Below, one piece after another: positions 28,135 through 38,737 of a DNA stretch of 64,000 nucleotides; the stretch's first letter is position 1; each line of letters begins with the position of its first letter. Made by a program: the position numbers and the translations under genes. This DNA is from Candidatus Latescibacterota bacterium. GTDB taxonomy: Bacteria; Latescibacterota; UBA2968; UBA8231. The DNA is taken from positions 1,152,001 to 1,216,000 of the forward strand of contig CBDCXV010000001.1 of NCBI GenBank assembly GCA_965223905.1. Reading direction: 5' to 3'. Under the pieces are notes generated by a model. It saw only the letters and a list, made by a program, of their open reading frames with translations. It made no database searches and was not told the DNA's origin.

Positions 28135-28895
28135 ATGAGAAAAGAAGAATCAATCGACGGAGACTATCTGGCCCCAGCGAAATACGACAAATACTACGAC
28201 GCGTATGCTACGCTTCCAGAACGGTTTCTGGCTGACCTCGCCTCTCGCGGAAGGGTCCTTGAACTGGCATGTGGAACTGGCCGGATAGCAATTCCCATGG
28301 CGGAGAACGGCCTTGAGGTGACCGGGATCGATTATTCCGAGCCGATGGTAAGCCTTGCCAGATCAAAGGCCGAAGACAGACAGGTGAGGGTCGACTGGAT
28401 CCGCGACGATATACGCTGCTTTGACACCGGTAAACGATATGGGTCGATCTTGCTACTGCACAACGCATTATGGCACCTGCACAACCTTTCCGATTTCGAA
28501 GAGTGCATTCGCTGTGTGAAGCGTCATCTCCTTCCGGGTGGTTTCTTCATTTGGACGTCTTTGTCCCTGGGGTGGAGATCCTCAATCGCGACCCAGGCAT
28601 TCGGTACCCATTCTCTAGCTACACGGACGTTGACACGGGACAAGAAGTGCAGGTTACTCAGTCCTACAGGTATGAAGCAGACACCCCGATCGCGCGCATG
28701 GTGCACTACAGAAAGGACTCTGATGAGATCGTTGGGGGTCTGAATCTCCGGATGTATTTCCCGAAGGAACTGGATGCCTTGCTGAAGTACAACGGGATAA
28801 GGATCAAGGAGAAATTCGGGAGCTGGGACCGTGACCCCTTTGGGCCGGACTCCAGGCATCAGCTTTGTTTCTGCACCACCACGGAGGACGGCTGA
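28135..28895 (+). CDS. Cassette 5: class I SAM-dependent methyltransferase, frameshift near 28551
   Basis: VLELACGTGR, GIDYSEPM; continues in a second frame as LDVFVP..LRMYFPKELDALL. Confidence 0.8.
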
Positions 28896-28907
28896 GCAGC
28901 CGGAATC

Positions 28908-29005
28908 GCATATCGGATATCACTCCAATTCACCCGGCGTCGACCGCTCTCCTGAGGCTGTGCCCACCCCGCATGCGCGAGACCGGAATTGTGAGAAAGT
29001 CTGGG
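28908..29005 (+). repeat. Eroded attC-like site 5
   Basis: ATATC-ACTC-CAATTCAC ... GAATTGTGAGAA resembles the arms of site 1; core and GTT are lost. Confidence 0.45.
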
Positions 29006-29165
29006 GACCTTAGGATGAATTAGTCGCGAGATACGGGAGATAATTCAGGCATGGCCAACTTGAAGGACGGGCCCTTCGACAAGCGCGTCGATTACGACCC
29101 GGATAGCAATGTTCCTGTTCTGTCCCCGGCATACGCAGTGGACTTCGAAGAATTTCGAGAGGTAG

Positions 29166-29705
29166 GTGATGAAATCTGAATACGTGATGGCGTTGATTTT
29201 TCGAATTCTGGGCCTTCTGTTGGGACTTCAAGCAGTAGCCTTCATCCCGGGCATAATGTTGGCGACTTCAGAGCCGTTTTCCGGGGGTTCGCCAACATGG
29301 CCGCTCGTGATGCCTCAAGTGCTCGGATTGGTGCTGTGTCTGCCAGTAGCTTTCGTGTTGTTTCGCTACGGACGATGGCTTGCCAACCTCGTTGTGGGTG
29401 AAGACGAGCATCTGGAACTGGCGGGAGTGGCCGTAGAGACCGCCGATACCCTACCGGTTTTTCGTTTGCTCTTGCGCGTTGTTGGCGCATTCGTTGTTGC
29501 CTGGTCGGTGCCCGAGTTGGCCGGTCATGGTTTCGGCCACGTGATGCTGTACCAGATGAGCGGCCCGCAAATCTGGACTCAGATCGCCCCGGGCGTTGTG
29601 AAGCTGGCTATAGGCGTATATCTGCTCAAAGGTGGGACACACCTTGTACGCTTCGCGTACGGCTCCCAGGCCATATCCGATGACCCAGGAAATGACGAAA
29701 CCTGA
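29166..29705 (+). CDS. Hypothetical four-TM membrane protein
   Basis: Four hydrophobic segments; GAGG RBS. Confidence 0.7.
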   Translation: MMKSEYVMALIFRILGLLLGLQAVAFIPGIMLATSEPFSGGSPTWPLVMPQVLGLVLCLPVAFVLFRYGRWLANLVVGEDEHLELAGVAVETADTLPVFRLLLRVVGAFVVAWSVPELAGHGFGHVMLYQMSGPQIWTQIAPGVVKLAIGVYLLKGGTHLVRFAYGSQAISDDPGNDET

Positions 29706-29882
29706 TTACATGCCAGTCTGGAAAGGCATAAGAAAGTCGCTTCCGTGAGGAGGTCATTTGTCGTGTAACAGCGCCATTCCGGATGGAGCTTTCACCTTCG
29801 CCAGAATGCTTCCCAAGTTCGGGAAACCGGCCGACTTGCTGTGAGAAGTGCAAGATCAGATCACCAGGATCGAGGACTCCCG

Positions 29883-30190
29883 ATGTATGAACAGGACAGG
29901 TACGTATTTGACACCCAAGGTTACGTGGTGTGGTGCTTCCCGACATCCTCACTCATTCCGAGGTTGAGCGCCTCGTCGACGCCTTCCCAAGGGATGACAA
30001 GGGTCAGGTCATGCTCGAAGCTCCTGACGACAACTCACATCATGAAAACAGGATCCAGGGAAGGGTGCTCGATCATCGAGCTCTGATTGAGGCCAGCGTC
30101 ACCGGCTACCTGGGACGCAGCTGCATGAAGCATCCTGCCGCCTGGGACATCGGTTCCGTCGGTAGCCTGGGGCCCATCAGGATCGCCTGA
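29883..30190 (+). pseudogene. PhyH-family N-terminal fragment
   Basis: DRYVFDTQGYVV..LPDILTHSEV; frameshifted and truncated. Confidence 0.5.
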
Positions 30191-30271
30191 TAGGGCACTG
30201 ATTCTCACCGAATCCGACCGGTATGTCCTCAAGGCAGTAGGCGATTTGATTGGAAAAAGGGGGCCCTCGAT

Positions 30272-31015
30272 ATGCCAGGTTTCATGTCATGGAAGGAAAT
30301 GAACTGGCTTCTGCCTGACTTTAATGAGACCGGGTTGATCTACCACGGAAGTCAGCCTGAAAATCTGGCTTCTATCTTCCAGAATGGCCTGATTCCCCAA
30401 TGCAATAGTCCCAGAGATGGGCACGAAACAATCTACAATGCACACTACCGGTACCGGCCCAAGTCCATTCCAGACTGGGTGGATCCGAGACGATGTATTT
30501 TTGGTTACATGAACCGGGCCAGACAAGGAGGCTGGGGCGGCATTGTGGATGGAATAGTCAATGGTGTAACCATTGGCATTAAAGCAGCAGATCATATCAC
30601 TGAGCGGACCTGGACAGCCTGCGTCCGGTTTTCAGATATGGTGGACTGCCCGGAGGAGGCAGGGTACTTCGATACGGAGGAGAGAAAAGCCTTTTTCAAG
30701 GACAGAATGGAACCGGTTTCGTGTAAAGCATACTGGGAGACCAGCCTCTCATTTCACGATAACTTGAAGATTCGCCTGGATCATTTGCTCCCGATGCAGG
30801 GATATCATGAGCTATTGATTTGTTCGGAGATTGATCCTGGGTTACTAAATCTTCGAGGGTTCAGAGTGCGGGGGGCAAATGGAACACGCGAGGTTGTCAG
30901 CAATGACCTGCCCGAGGTGTTTCTGAATGCCGAAGAAAAGCTTCGGAACAACATGCCAATTGTGGGGGAACTGAAGGCCGTCAGCGAATTCTGCGGCCGT
31001 GCCGCCAGCGCCTGA
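30272..31015 (+). CDS. Hypothetical protein with an ART-like YHG(S)..NL.SI..GL.P N-terminal motif
   Basis: IYHGSQPENLASIFQNGLIP; 247-aa intact ORF. Confidence 0.6.
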   Translation: MPGFMSWKEMNWLLPDFNETGLIYHGSQPENLASIFQNGLIPQCNSPRDGHETIYNAHYRYRPKSIPDWVDPRRCIFGYMNRARQGGWGGIVDGIVNGVTIGIKAADHITERTWTACVRFSDMVDCPEEAGYFDTEERKAFFKDRMEPVSCKAYWETSLSFHDNLKIRLDHLLPMQGYHELLICSEIDPGLLNLRGFRVRGANGTREVVSNDLPEVFLNAEEKLRNNMPIVGELKAVSEFCGRAASA

Positions 31016-31206
31016 CAACAACGGTTTCCCTTTGAACTGCGGCGGTATTTGCACGGCCGGGCTCAAAGGTGCGTAACAACCCGGGGAGACCAGAGTCTGG
31101 TGACCGCACCCCTGAAAGAAATGCGGGCAGCTGTGGCGGCCATGAAAAACGCAGGTGGGTATTGGCCTGGAGCTGAACCCAACAACGCCAACGAGGAGTC
31201 CCGAGA

Positions 31207-31548
31207 ATGAAAGAGATTGCGCCCACACTTCCGGTATCGGATGTGGAGAAAGCTGTCGAGTTCTATCGGGACAAGTTGGCGTTCAGTGTCGGTTTCCAGA
31301 ATCATCCCGTCTTTGCTTTGGTTCGGCGCGGCGCTGTCAGTATCGGTTTGCAGCTTGCTTCGCAGCGACGGGCAGCCGGGACAGGAAGCTGCTACATCTG
31401 GGTGGATGATGTCAGGGAAATTTATAATGAGTTGTCCGCAAGAGGAGTTGAATTCGCAGATGACATCGCGTTTCGCGATGAATATGAAATGACCGACTTC
31501 GTCCTCCATGATCCGGATGGGAACCACATCGGGATTGGCGGTGACTGA
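31207..31548 (+). CDS. VOC / glyoxalase-bleomycin resistance family protein
   Basis: LPVSDVEKAVEFYRDKL, YIWVDDV, DPDGNHI. Confidence 0.88.
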   Translation: MKEIAPTLPVSDVEKAVEFYRDKLAFSVGFQNHPVFALVRRGAVSIGLQLASQRRAAGTGSCYIWVDDVREIYNELSARGVEFADDIAFRDEYEMTDFVLHDPDGNHIGIGGD

Positions 31549-31648
31549 GGGGGTCATGAATGCGAATCTGGCAGGTTCCATCGCCCTGACTCCACCTCTA
31601 AGGCCAATGGGGGTAAAAAGCGGACGTTCTTAGTGGAAGCTCGATTCC

Positions 31649-32413
31649 ATGGAACTGACCAGAGATGACATTGAAGCTGGCTTCCGTAATCTCGGCCTGA
31701 AGGAAGGCGAAACAGTTGAAGTTCATAGCTCATTGAGCAGCTTGGGCAATGTGCAAGGGGGAGCTGAAACTGTCGTGGATGCCTTGATGAGTGTCGTGGG
31801 CGAAAGTGGAGCGTTGGTGATGTCCAACTATCCGCTCACTCCCCCGATCCCTTTGACTTCCGAAGAGAAATCCAAGGGAATAGGTTGGAAACTCAGGATT
31901 CTATCCGAGGGCTCAGACGAAAGGACCGTGACCGGGGCCATTTCCGACGAGTTTCGCTTCAGAGCTGATGTTGTATGCGGTTCTGGGACCCGTCGTGTCT
32001 GTGCCTGGGGCCCGGATGCGGATTTGCACGCCAGGGGATATCGACACTTGCTCGAAGTCGATGGGCTAGTTCTTCTCCTTGGTGTAGACATAGACCGATG
32101 TTCAAGCATGCATCTCGCGGACGGTGTGAAGGTTACCAGGCAGGCCAGGAAGCGGATGAATGCATTATGGCCTGATTCAGGGTGCAAAATCACGGACGAA
32201 GTCAGGCGGGAATATCCTTCAGATATAATCATTGGCCCCAGGGAAGGGACATCTGGAAATCCTTGGGAAAATGCCAGGCAGGAAGCTGAAAGACGAGGAT
32301 TGATAAGGAGAGGTAAGGTCGGTCGAGCAGACTGCTTGCTATTCAGGGCGAGGGATCTAGTCGGTCTGATTGAGGAAGTTCGTAAATCTGGGCCTTTCAA
32401 AGACGCATTGTAG
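31649..32413 (+). CDS. AAC(3) / Antibiotic_NAT-family N-acetyltransferase
   Basis: EVHSSLSSLGNVQGGAETVVDAL, TGAISD, VLLLGV..CSSMHLA. Confidence 0.8.
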   Translation: MELTRDDIEAGFRNLGLKEGETVEVHSSLSSLGNVQGGAETVVDALMSVVGESGALVMSNYPLTPPIPLTSEEKSKGIGWKLRILSEGSDERTVTGAISDEFRFRADVVCGSGTRRVCAWGPDADLHARGYRHLLEVDGLVLLLGVDIDRCSSMHLADGVKVTRQARKRMNALWPDSGCKITDEVRREYPSDIIIGPREGTSGNPWENARQEAERRGLIRRGKVGRADCLLFRARDLVGLIEEVRKSGPFKDAL

Positions 32414-32624
32414 AACATTTAGACGAGGAATAAATGGCGTCAAGGGGTTTGGCGCTGTCGATGCTTCGAAGGCGGGGAGGAAGCGGCCGTCGTGGTTGCG
32501 GTACAGCCCCACAAGAAGGGGTGCCGCTGTCCTCAGTGTGGGCGCCGGGGCGCGTGATAGCTCAGCGCGGAGAAAGCAGGGCAAAGGTCCAAGACGAACC
32601 GCGGCGGTCCTGGCCGGAAAGACT

Positions 32625-34105
32625 ATGCAATACTTCCAACCTGATGGGGACTTTTTCGTCGGGACTGCTTCCTGTGTCGTGTGGGTCGAAACGATCGATA
32701 TGTTCTCCGGGACCATCTGCCCTTCTACCACGAAGGTGTCTTCCGGCTCTTCTACCTTCTGGACGAGGGCCACCACGGAGCACTCGGCGGGTTGGGAGGC
32801 CATCAATGGGCACAGGCCAGCACGACGGACCTCGTTCACTGGGAACACCATCCGCTCCAAGCATGCCATCCCGATCACCGAGGAACGTGAAGGTTCCATC
32901 TGCACCGGTTCGGTGTTCTTCCACGAAGGGACATACTACGGTTTCTACGCGACGCGCATGCGCGACAGGACGCAGCATCTGAGTCTTGCAACCAGTCGAC
33001 TGCATGCCCTTCTACCACGAAGGTGTCTTCCGGCTCTTCTACCTTCTGGACGAGGGCCACCACGGAGAAGGCCGACCCCAACCCCTTCGCCTCGCCGCCC
33101 ACCGGCTACGACCCTGTTCATTACCGAGACCCCATCGTCTTCAAGGATCGTTGTGAGGGGCTCTTCCACATGCTCGTTACGGCGTTCCTGGAAGACTGGC
33201 CCATCGGCGACCGCGGCGGATGCCTTGCCCACCTGGTCTCCCCCGACTTGAAACACTGGGAGAACAGAAAGCCGTTTATTGTCCCGGGTTTGCCGGGGGC
33301 GCCCGAATGTCCGGACTATTTCTTCTGGAATGGCTGGTACTACCTCATTTTCAGCAACCGTGGGGTTGCCCGCTACAGAATGTCGCGAGAGCCATTTGGA
33401 GCCTGGCTTCGGCCGAAGGTCGACACGCTTGACGGAAATGCCGCACGGGTAATGAAGACGGCGCCATTCGGGGACGGCAGGCGCCTTGGTGTTGCCTGGA
33501 TCGGCACACGCGAGAACAACCGGGACGATGGACCGTTTCAGTGGGGGGGCAACGCGGTTTTCCGAGAACTTGTACAGCATGACGACGGCACCCTTGGTGC
33601 GAAATTCCCGGACGAGCTGACCCCTTCCGGTGAGCCGTTGTCCGCCATGAACATGTCCGCCCTCCACCTGTCCGCGCTCGATGCCGATACGAGAGTTGAG
33701 GGACGCAGTGTCCACGCAGCAGCTCGGCAAGGCCTGGCAGCGGCCGGGTGCTCAGGCATTCCACGCAATGCGCGACTGGCAATCCGTGTCCTTCCTCAGC
33801 CAGGCCCCCTGGGTTTCGGGCTTCGTCTCAGGGCTGGTGAGCCCTTCGACTCCGGATACGACCTGCGCTTCTCACCCTGTGACCGGGTCGCCAGGCTGCA
33901 CGATCAGTGGATATATGGTGTCGATGGACTGGATCGCTCCTTCTCCCTGGAGATAGTTCTCAGGGACGACATCATTGACGTTTGCATCGACGGCCGCAGG
34001 ACGCTTGTCGATCGATGTCCGGAAAGGCGGGGCGACCGGATGCTGCTGTATGCGCAGGATTCCGGGGTCACGTTTGAGGTTGCCGAGATCGCTGCTCTGC
34101 CGTAG
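32625..34105 (+). pseudogene. GH32-like five-bladed beta-propeller glycosidase, scrambled
   Basis: HQWAQASTTDLVHW, SICTGS, YRDP and PECPD motifs; frameshifts and a 63-bp internal duplication. Confidence 0.7.
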
Positions 34106-34143
34106 CGCAAAGAGAATTGCGGGCCACACCACCCGCCACCAAT

Positions 34144-34200
34144 CCCCAACACCCGGGGAACAGAAGCTGGGGTTCACAAACAGACAGCCCGTTAGGCGCC
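34144..34200 (+). repeat. Right half of an eroded attC-like site
   Basis: GGGGTTCACAAAC..GTTAGGC resembles GGGGTTCGCAAAC..GTTAAAT of site 2. Confidence 0.4.
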
Positions 34201-34220
34201 AGTCGAGAAAACTCCCGAAC

Positions 34221-34775
34221 GTGAGACGGACGGCCACCAAAATCCCACTCAGGGTGCAGACAACGCGGTTGGAAACCTTCAACCGCGAACGTCACGACTG
34301 GCCGGTCTCCCTGCGCCGGAAGTGCTCGGCGGATTCAGGGCGAACCTGGGTCTTCACGGATGGTGGCGGTGATGGAAGGTTCGGGGCTGTCGTTGTGCGT
34401 CCGGGAATCGAAGAGCACCGGATAGCGGGACGGCGTGAGTCACGGGCAAACAGCGTGGTTGCCGAACTCGATGGGGTCGTGTTGGGTCTGGAGAATTGCC
34501 AACTGGGTGAGAGAATCACGATCGTGTCCGACTATCTGTGGACAGCTTACTATATCAACGGCTGGCGCCGCGTGCACAACCCCCGGCTGCGTGAAGGGGT
34601 TGTACAGGCGAGGACCTGTCTCGAAAAGCTGCGGGGCGCCGTGTTCGTGCATTACGCGCTGGAAACCGGGGGCGAATGTGCCTTCAGACGATGGAACGCT
34701 GTCGCTCATGACCTGTGTCAAAAGGACATGGTCGGGACCAACTCGCGTACTCGTTGGGACAAGACCAGCGCTTGA
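34221..34775 (+). CDS. RNase HI-like domain protein (start uncertain)
   Basis: WVFTDG, VAELDGV..GL, ITIVSD, NAVAHDL. Confidence 0.6.
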   Translation: MRRTATKIPLRVQTTRLETFNRERHDWPVSLRRKCSADSGRTWVFTDGGGDGRFGAVVVRPGIEEHRIAGRRESRANSVVAELDGVVLGLENCQLGERITIVSDYLWTAYYINGWRRVHNPRLREGVVQARTCLEKLRGAVFVHYALETGGECAFRRWNAVAHDLCQKDMVGTNSRTRWDKTSA

Positions 34776-34873
34776 GCGGAATCTCTCTCATGCCAGGGAG
34801 TGACTCTTAAGAGGTCGCCTTTCCCCGGTATTATCATTAGTCAGACACGTCACCTAAAAAGGAAACGCGCAAA

Positions 34874-35641
34874 ATGGGACACTGCTGGACGCTTGCCCTT
34901 GAACAGCAGACCGACCTGACCCCATCCCATGGCTCGGTTTCCGAGTTGGCGGCAGCGGTACGCCGAGGCGCGGATCTCAGGCTTTACATGACCACGGATC
35001 GGTACGAGGAAACCCTCTACTTCCAGCAGACTTATGCCGGTGAGAATGGCGCGTTCGCAGGGCTGATGAGCCACCACCACAGCTACGTGCACCGCGGCCA
35101 GGACATAGAGCAACCATACATCAGCATCTTCAAATACGACGACTCCGGGACCTTCTCCCACGTGAAGTGGATGTGGCGAGATATCCGCCTGGATGAGAGC
35201 CAGGCCTATCCGTACGGGATATATCGATGGTTTACCTGCGACCGCTGGCGAACCGTCTACGAGCACGATGCCGATGGCAGTCCCGTGCGCGGAAATCTGG
35301 AGGAACTGAAAGAGCATGTCCGGCTGGGGCACTCGGTTCAGGTAGGAGTCCGCCAACTGTTCGGTTTGGCCGAGGATACCACTGCCGGGCCATCGCACAT
35401 CTCGTTTGTCACCACGATGCAGCCGCTCATCCGGGATGGCCATGTGCAGTCCAACTGCGACCTCGTTGCGATAGGCGCCCCGAAATGGCCGTGCACCTGG
35501 CGCGACGGCCTCCATGTGGCAGTGATGCTCCCCTCCACGTCCGGTGAGATTCTCTGCTTCCTTGCCGAACCGGGGAATCTCCCGTTTAGACGGGTCATGC
35601 GCCGGCGCCCCATGCAGTGGATGGTGGCGGAGATGGAGTGA
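34874..35641 (+). CDS. Hypothetical protein
   Basis: 255-aa ORF with RBS, co-oriented with the array. Confidence 0.65.
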   Translation: MGHCWTLALEQQTDLTPSHGSVSELAAAVRRGADLRLYMTTDRYEETLYFQQTYAGENGAFAGLMSHHHSYVHRGQDIEQPYISIFKYDDSGTFSHVKWMWRDIRLDESQAYPYGIYRWFTCDRWRTVYEHDADGSPVRGNLEELKEHVRLGHSVQVGVRQLFGLAEDTTAGPSHISFVTTMQPLIRDGHVQSNCDLVAIGAPKWPCTWRDGLHVAVMLPSTSGEILCFLAEPGNLPFRRVMRRRPMQWMVAEME

Positions 35642-35719
35642 ACGCGCGAACCGTTGAATGAACCGCCAAACCCGGAGTAGGAACAGGAAGCGTTGCCGCC
35701 GGGAAACCAACCGAGGAAT

Positions 35720-36205
35720 ATGCCAAGAAAACCGATTCAAGTGCTTGTGATTCCATTCCGCATAGGATCTGAGCCGGAGTTTGCGGTTTTTCACCGTTCC
35801 GACGAGGAGATGTGGCAATTCATTGCCGGTGGCGTTGAGGACCAGGAGGACGCAATGCAGGCCGCCCGGCGGGAGGCAGAAGAAGAGGCGTCCATACCGA
35901 GTAACTTGTCGTTTGTTTCGCTGGATTCAGTTGCCTCGATTCCCAGGACATCATTTGAAGAGACGGAGCACTGGCCGGAAGATCTGCTTGTTGTACCCGA
36001 GTATTCGTTCGCCGTCGATGTCGGCGACCGAGAGCTGGTGCTATCCTTCGAACACGACGAGGTGAGGTGGGTGCCTTACGACAAAGCCCGGTGTCTCCTT
36101 ACATGGGACAGCAATCGGGTGGCGCTCTGGGAGCTCAACGAGAGGCTGGCCAACCACACAACAGTGAGGTCTCCAGAACTTTTCGGTAGTCTTCCGGGTG
36201 TGTAA
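35720..36205 (+). CDS. NUDIX hydrolase (NudB-like)
   Basis: WQFIAGGVE..AARREAEEE Nudix box, LSFEH..W. Confidence 0.88.
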   Translation: MPRKPIQVLVIPFRIGSEPEFAVFHRSDEEMWQFIAGGVEDQEDAMQAARREAEEEASIPSNLSFVSLDSVASIPRTSFEETEHWPEDLLVVPEYSFAVDVGDRELVLSFEHDEVRWVPYDKARCLLTWDSNRVALWELNERLANHTTVRSPELFGSLPGV

Positions 36206-36317
36206 TTCCACCATCCGCAAATACATCGGTATTCGCCTCGACGCTGATCAGGAGGTCCGAGGGCAGTTAATTGTTTGGGGATAATTGGTCCAAACCAGGA
36301 GACAGGGAGAAAAGGGA

Positions 36318-36938
36318 ATGTTCGGAAAACTCTTCGTCGTATGCCTCATTGTTGCCGGTTCATGTTTCAGAGTCGAGGCCGAGCGTCCGGCTGGAATGGT
36401 TCTCTACTTCAAGTCCGGGGACGAGGTATTCCTGCTTCTCGCGGACCATCGGGAAAAGGACAGAGGTTGGGCGGGTTACGGAGGAGGTCCGTATGAGGGG
36501 GAGAGCGCGGCTGAAACGGCGGCGAGAGAAACGGAGGAAGAGACGAGAGGCTACTTTCTGCGGGATGATCTGCTCGCCCTGATCAAGGGCCAGAAGCCAG
36601 TGATAGACAATGGCTTTGCCTTGTACTTCGCGGAAGTTCCCTTTGTTCCCGCACCACTTGTGACCAACAATCCACTTCCCAGCGACGACGAATCCTACGT
36701 TGAAAGAGGTCCGTACGCATGGATTCCGTATTCCGAACTCGAGCCATACTTGAAAGGTCCGATCGAACCTGAAGACAGATATTCAATTGAAGAGAGGTTA
36801 CTTCCCGGTGAGCGATATACTTCCTGGTACTGGCCTGTCTGGCTTGGCAGTGTCTGGAAATCCGTGGAAACGAATTCGATTCCCTGGGACGTCGGAGTGA
36901 GCCCCGACCTGTCCGGAAAGGGGAGCCATGACCCCTGA
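36318..36938 (+). CDS. Secreted NUDIX-domain protein
   Basis: Signal-like N terminus; GGG..EGESAAETAARETEEET. Confidence 0.75.
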   Translation: MFGKLFVVCLIVAGSCFRVEAERPAGMVLYFKSGDEVFLLLADHREKDRGWAGYGGGPYEGESAAETAARETEEETRGYFLRDDLLALIKGQKPVIDNGFALYFAEVPFVPAPLVTNNPLPSDDESYVERGPYAWIPYSELEPYLKGPIEPEDRYSIEERLLPGERYTSWYWPVWLGSVWKSVETNSIPWDVGVSPDLSGKGSHDP

Positions 36939-37776
36939 GTCCGAGAGCGGGATGAAGGTCGGTGAGCAGATCGCCAGATACTACACTGAACTGCCCGAGG
37001 TGGCCGGAGTAGTCCTTGGCGGGTCAGTAGCACGGGGCACTGCCGACCCGAGTTCCGATCTGGACCTCTTCGTTTTCTGCCACGACTACCCAAGTAAACG
37101 TTTTCGATCTGAAGTCGTTGCCGGATTTCAGGGGGAAGGGTGGAAGCAACATGGCAATAAGCTCGATCGGGGGATTTTGAGGGACTGCTTTCGGGGTTCC
37201 GGTCATCGAATCGATATCGAGCACGTACGCGTCAGCAGCTATGAGTCTGCAGTCGAAGATGTCTTGTGTCGCCACGACACCGATCGCGACAAACAAAGCC
37301 TGCTGGGAGGATTGCTCGACTCCCGTTCATTGCATGACACCGGGATTATCGAAAAATGGAAGTCGAGGATATCCAAGTGCCCGGATGGCCTGCAGCGAAA
37401 GGTGCTCGAGGAGAATCTTTCCATGAGTCCTCTTTGGATCCCCGAGATCTACGCCCGGAACCGGGACGATCACTTGTATCTGTTGGAGGCGCTGAGCAGT
37501 GTTGGAACCTCCATCCTCGGCTTGCTGCATGGCCTCAACCGGATGTACCAGCCTGGCGAGTACAAGCGGGTCACGCTCCTTCTGTCCCGACTGGAGGTGG
37601 CACCACCGAACATCGTGGAAAGGTGGAAGTCCGTTTTCCAGTACGGGTCCGTTGGAGTGGTAAAGGAGCTTGAGACCATCGTTCTGGAGATCTTCAGCCT
37701 CGTTGAGGCACGCTGTCCGGATATTGATGTCGCATCCGCTCGGACCGGCTTCACGACCGACACGGATACAGAGTAG
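36928..37776 (+). CDS. Pol-beta-type nucleotidyltransferase domain protein
   Basis: LGGSVARGTADPSSDLDL. Confidence 0.82.
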   Translation: MTPESESGMKVGEQIARYYTELPEVAGVVLGGSVARGTADPSSDLDLFVFCHDYPSKRFRSEVVAGFQGEGWKQHGNKLDRGILRDCFRGSGHRIDIEHVRVSSYESAVEDVLCRHDTDRDKQSLLGGLLDSRSLHDTGIIEKWKSRISKCPDGLQRKVLEENLSMSPLWIPEIYARNRDDHLYLLEALSSVGTSILGLLHGLNRMYQPGEYKRVTLLLSRLEVAPPNIVERWKSVFQYGSVGVVKELETIVLEIFSLVEARCPDIDVASARTGFTTDTDTE

Positions 37777-38007
37777 ACGTAGACCCTGGAATTTATGGCG
37801 AAGAAAGGAAGGAGCTCAGGGAAATTAGCCCCAAACCTCGTTCCTTCGGTTGCACCCCATCTTGTCCGGATCTGACCCCAAACGATGCGCATCGGTCTTA
37901 TTTCAGATACTCACTGCCCAGAGCGATGCTCCGCCTACCCAGTCGCTTTGGGCCAGGTATTCCGGGATCTCGATCTGACAGCCGGTCAACTCTCCACCCG
38001 GATCGTT

Positions 38008-38481
38008 ATGGCGACCCTGCACCTGCTTTGCGGTTTCATTGGAGCAGGTAAAACAACCTTCGCGAAATCGCTGGAAAGAGATCATTCCGCGGTTCTGTTC
38101 AGCCATGATGAATGGATGGTCCGGCTGTATGGGCGAAATCCCCCCAGTGAACATTTTCAGACATACTATCACAGGGTCGAGGATCTGATCTGGCAGATGG
38201 CCTCCCGTTTTCTCGCCCTGGGACATGATGTTGTTCTCGATCATGGTTTTTGGAGTCGCGCTGACCGGGATCTGGCAAGGCGCAAGTCTCAGGAAATCGG
38301 CGTTCCAGCGAAGCTCTATTTTCTGCACTGCTCCGAGGAAGTAATGCGGGAACGAGTACTGATCCGGACTGAAGAATCACAAGAATCCCTTTACATCAAC
38401 GAACATGCTTTCGAGAAGCTCAGGGAGCGATTTGAAGCACCCATGGATGACGAGGAGTACGTTGCGGTCAAGACCGACTGA
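38008..38481 (+). CDS. P-loop kinase (AAA_33-like), preceded in frame by a metallophosphoesterase stub from 37885
   Basis: LLCGFIGAGKTTFA, SHDEW, VVLDHGFWSRADR; stub MRIGLISDTH. Confidence 0.8.
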   Translation: MATLHLLCGFIGAGKTTFAKSLERDHSAVLFSHDEWMVRLYGRNPPSEHFQTYYHRVEDLIWQMASRFLALGHDVVLDHGFWSRADRDLARRKSQEIGVPAKLYFLHCSEEVMRERVLIRTEESQESLYINEHAFEKLRERFEAPMDDEEYVAVKTD

Positions 38482-38535
38482 AACCAGGGGAACACACTTA
38501 TTCCCTCCACGCAGGCTGAGAGGGTATTGAAGACT

Positions 38536-38706
38536 ATGCAGATCTCGGTCGAAGATAATCCCACTTCTGAAGATTGCGATTTCGTTCGGAACCGCCTCCA
38601 TGAGCATAATGCAGCAATTGTGGGACCGGACAACTATGTGCCTCTTGCCATTTTCGTCCGTGACGATACGGGCACAATTCCCGCAGGCCTGCTCATTGTT
38701 CGATGA
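38536..38706 (+). pseudogene. GNAT acetyltransferase N-terminal fragment
   Basis: LHEHN...PLAIFVRDD.G.I.AGL followed by an early stop. Confidence 0.5.
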
Positions 38707-38737
38707 TTCAGATTCATGCCATCAAGGGGATCCTGAG

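Noticed and set aside
31013-31110. Additional cassette site (GCGTAACAAC)
   Set aside because: No complementary arms, core motif or downstream GTTA could be identified.
32718-33067. Diversity-generating retroelement TR/VR pair
   Set aside because: The copies are identical with no adenine-specific differences, and there is no reverse transcriptase in the window.
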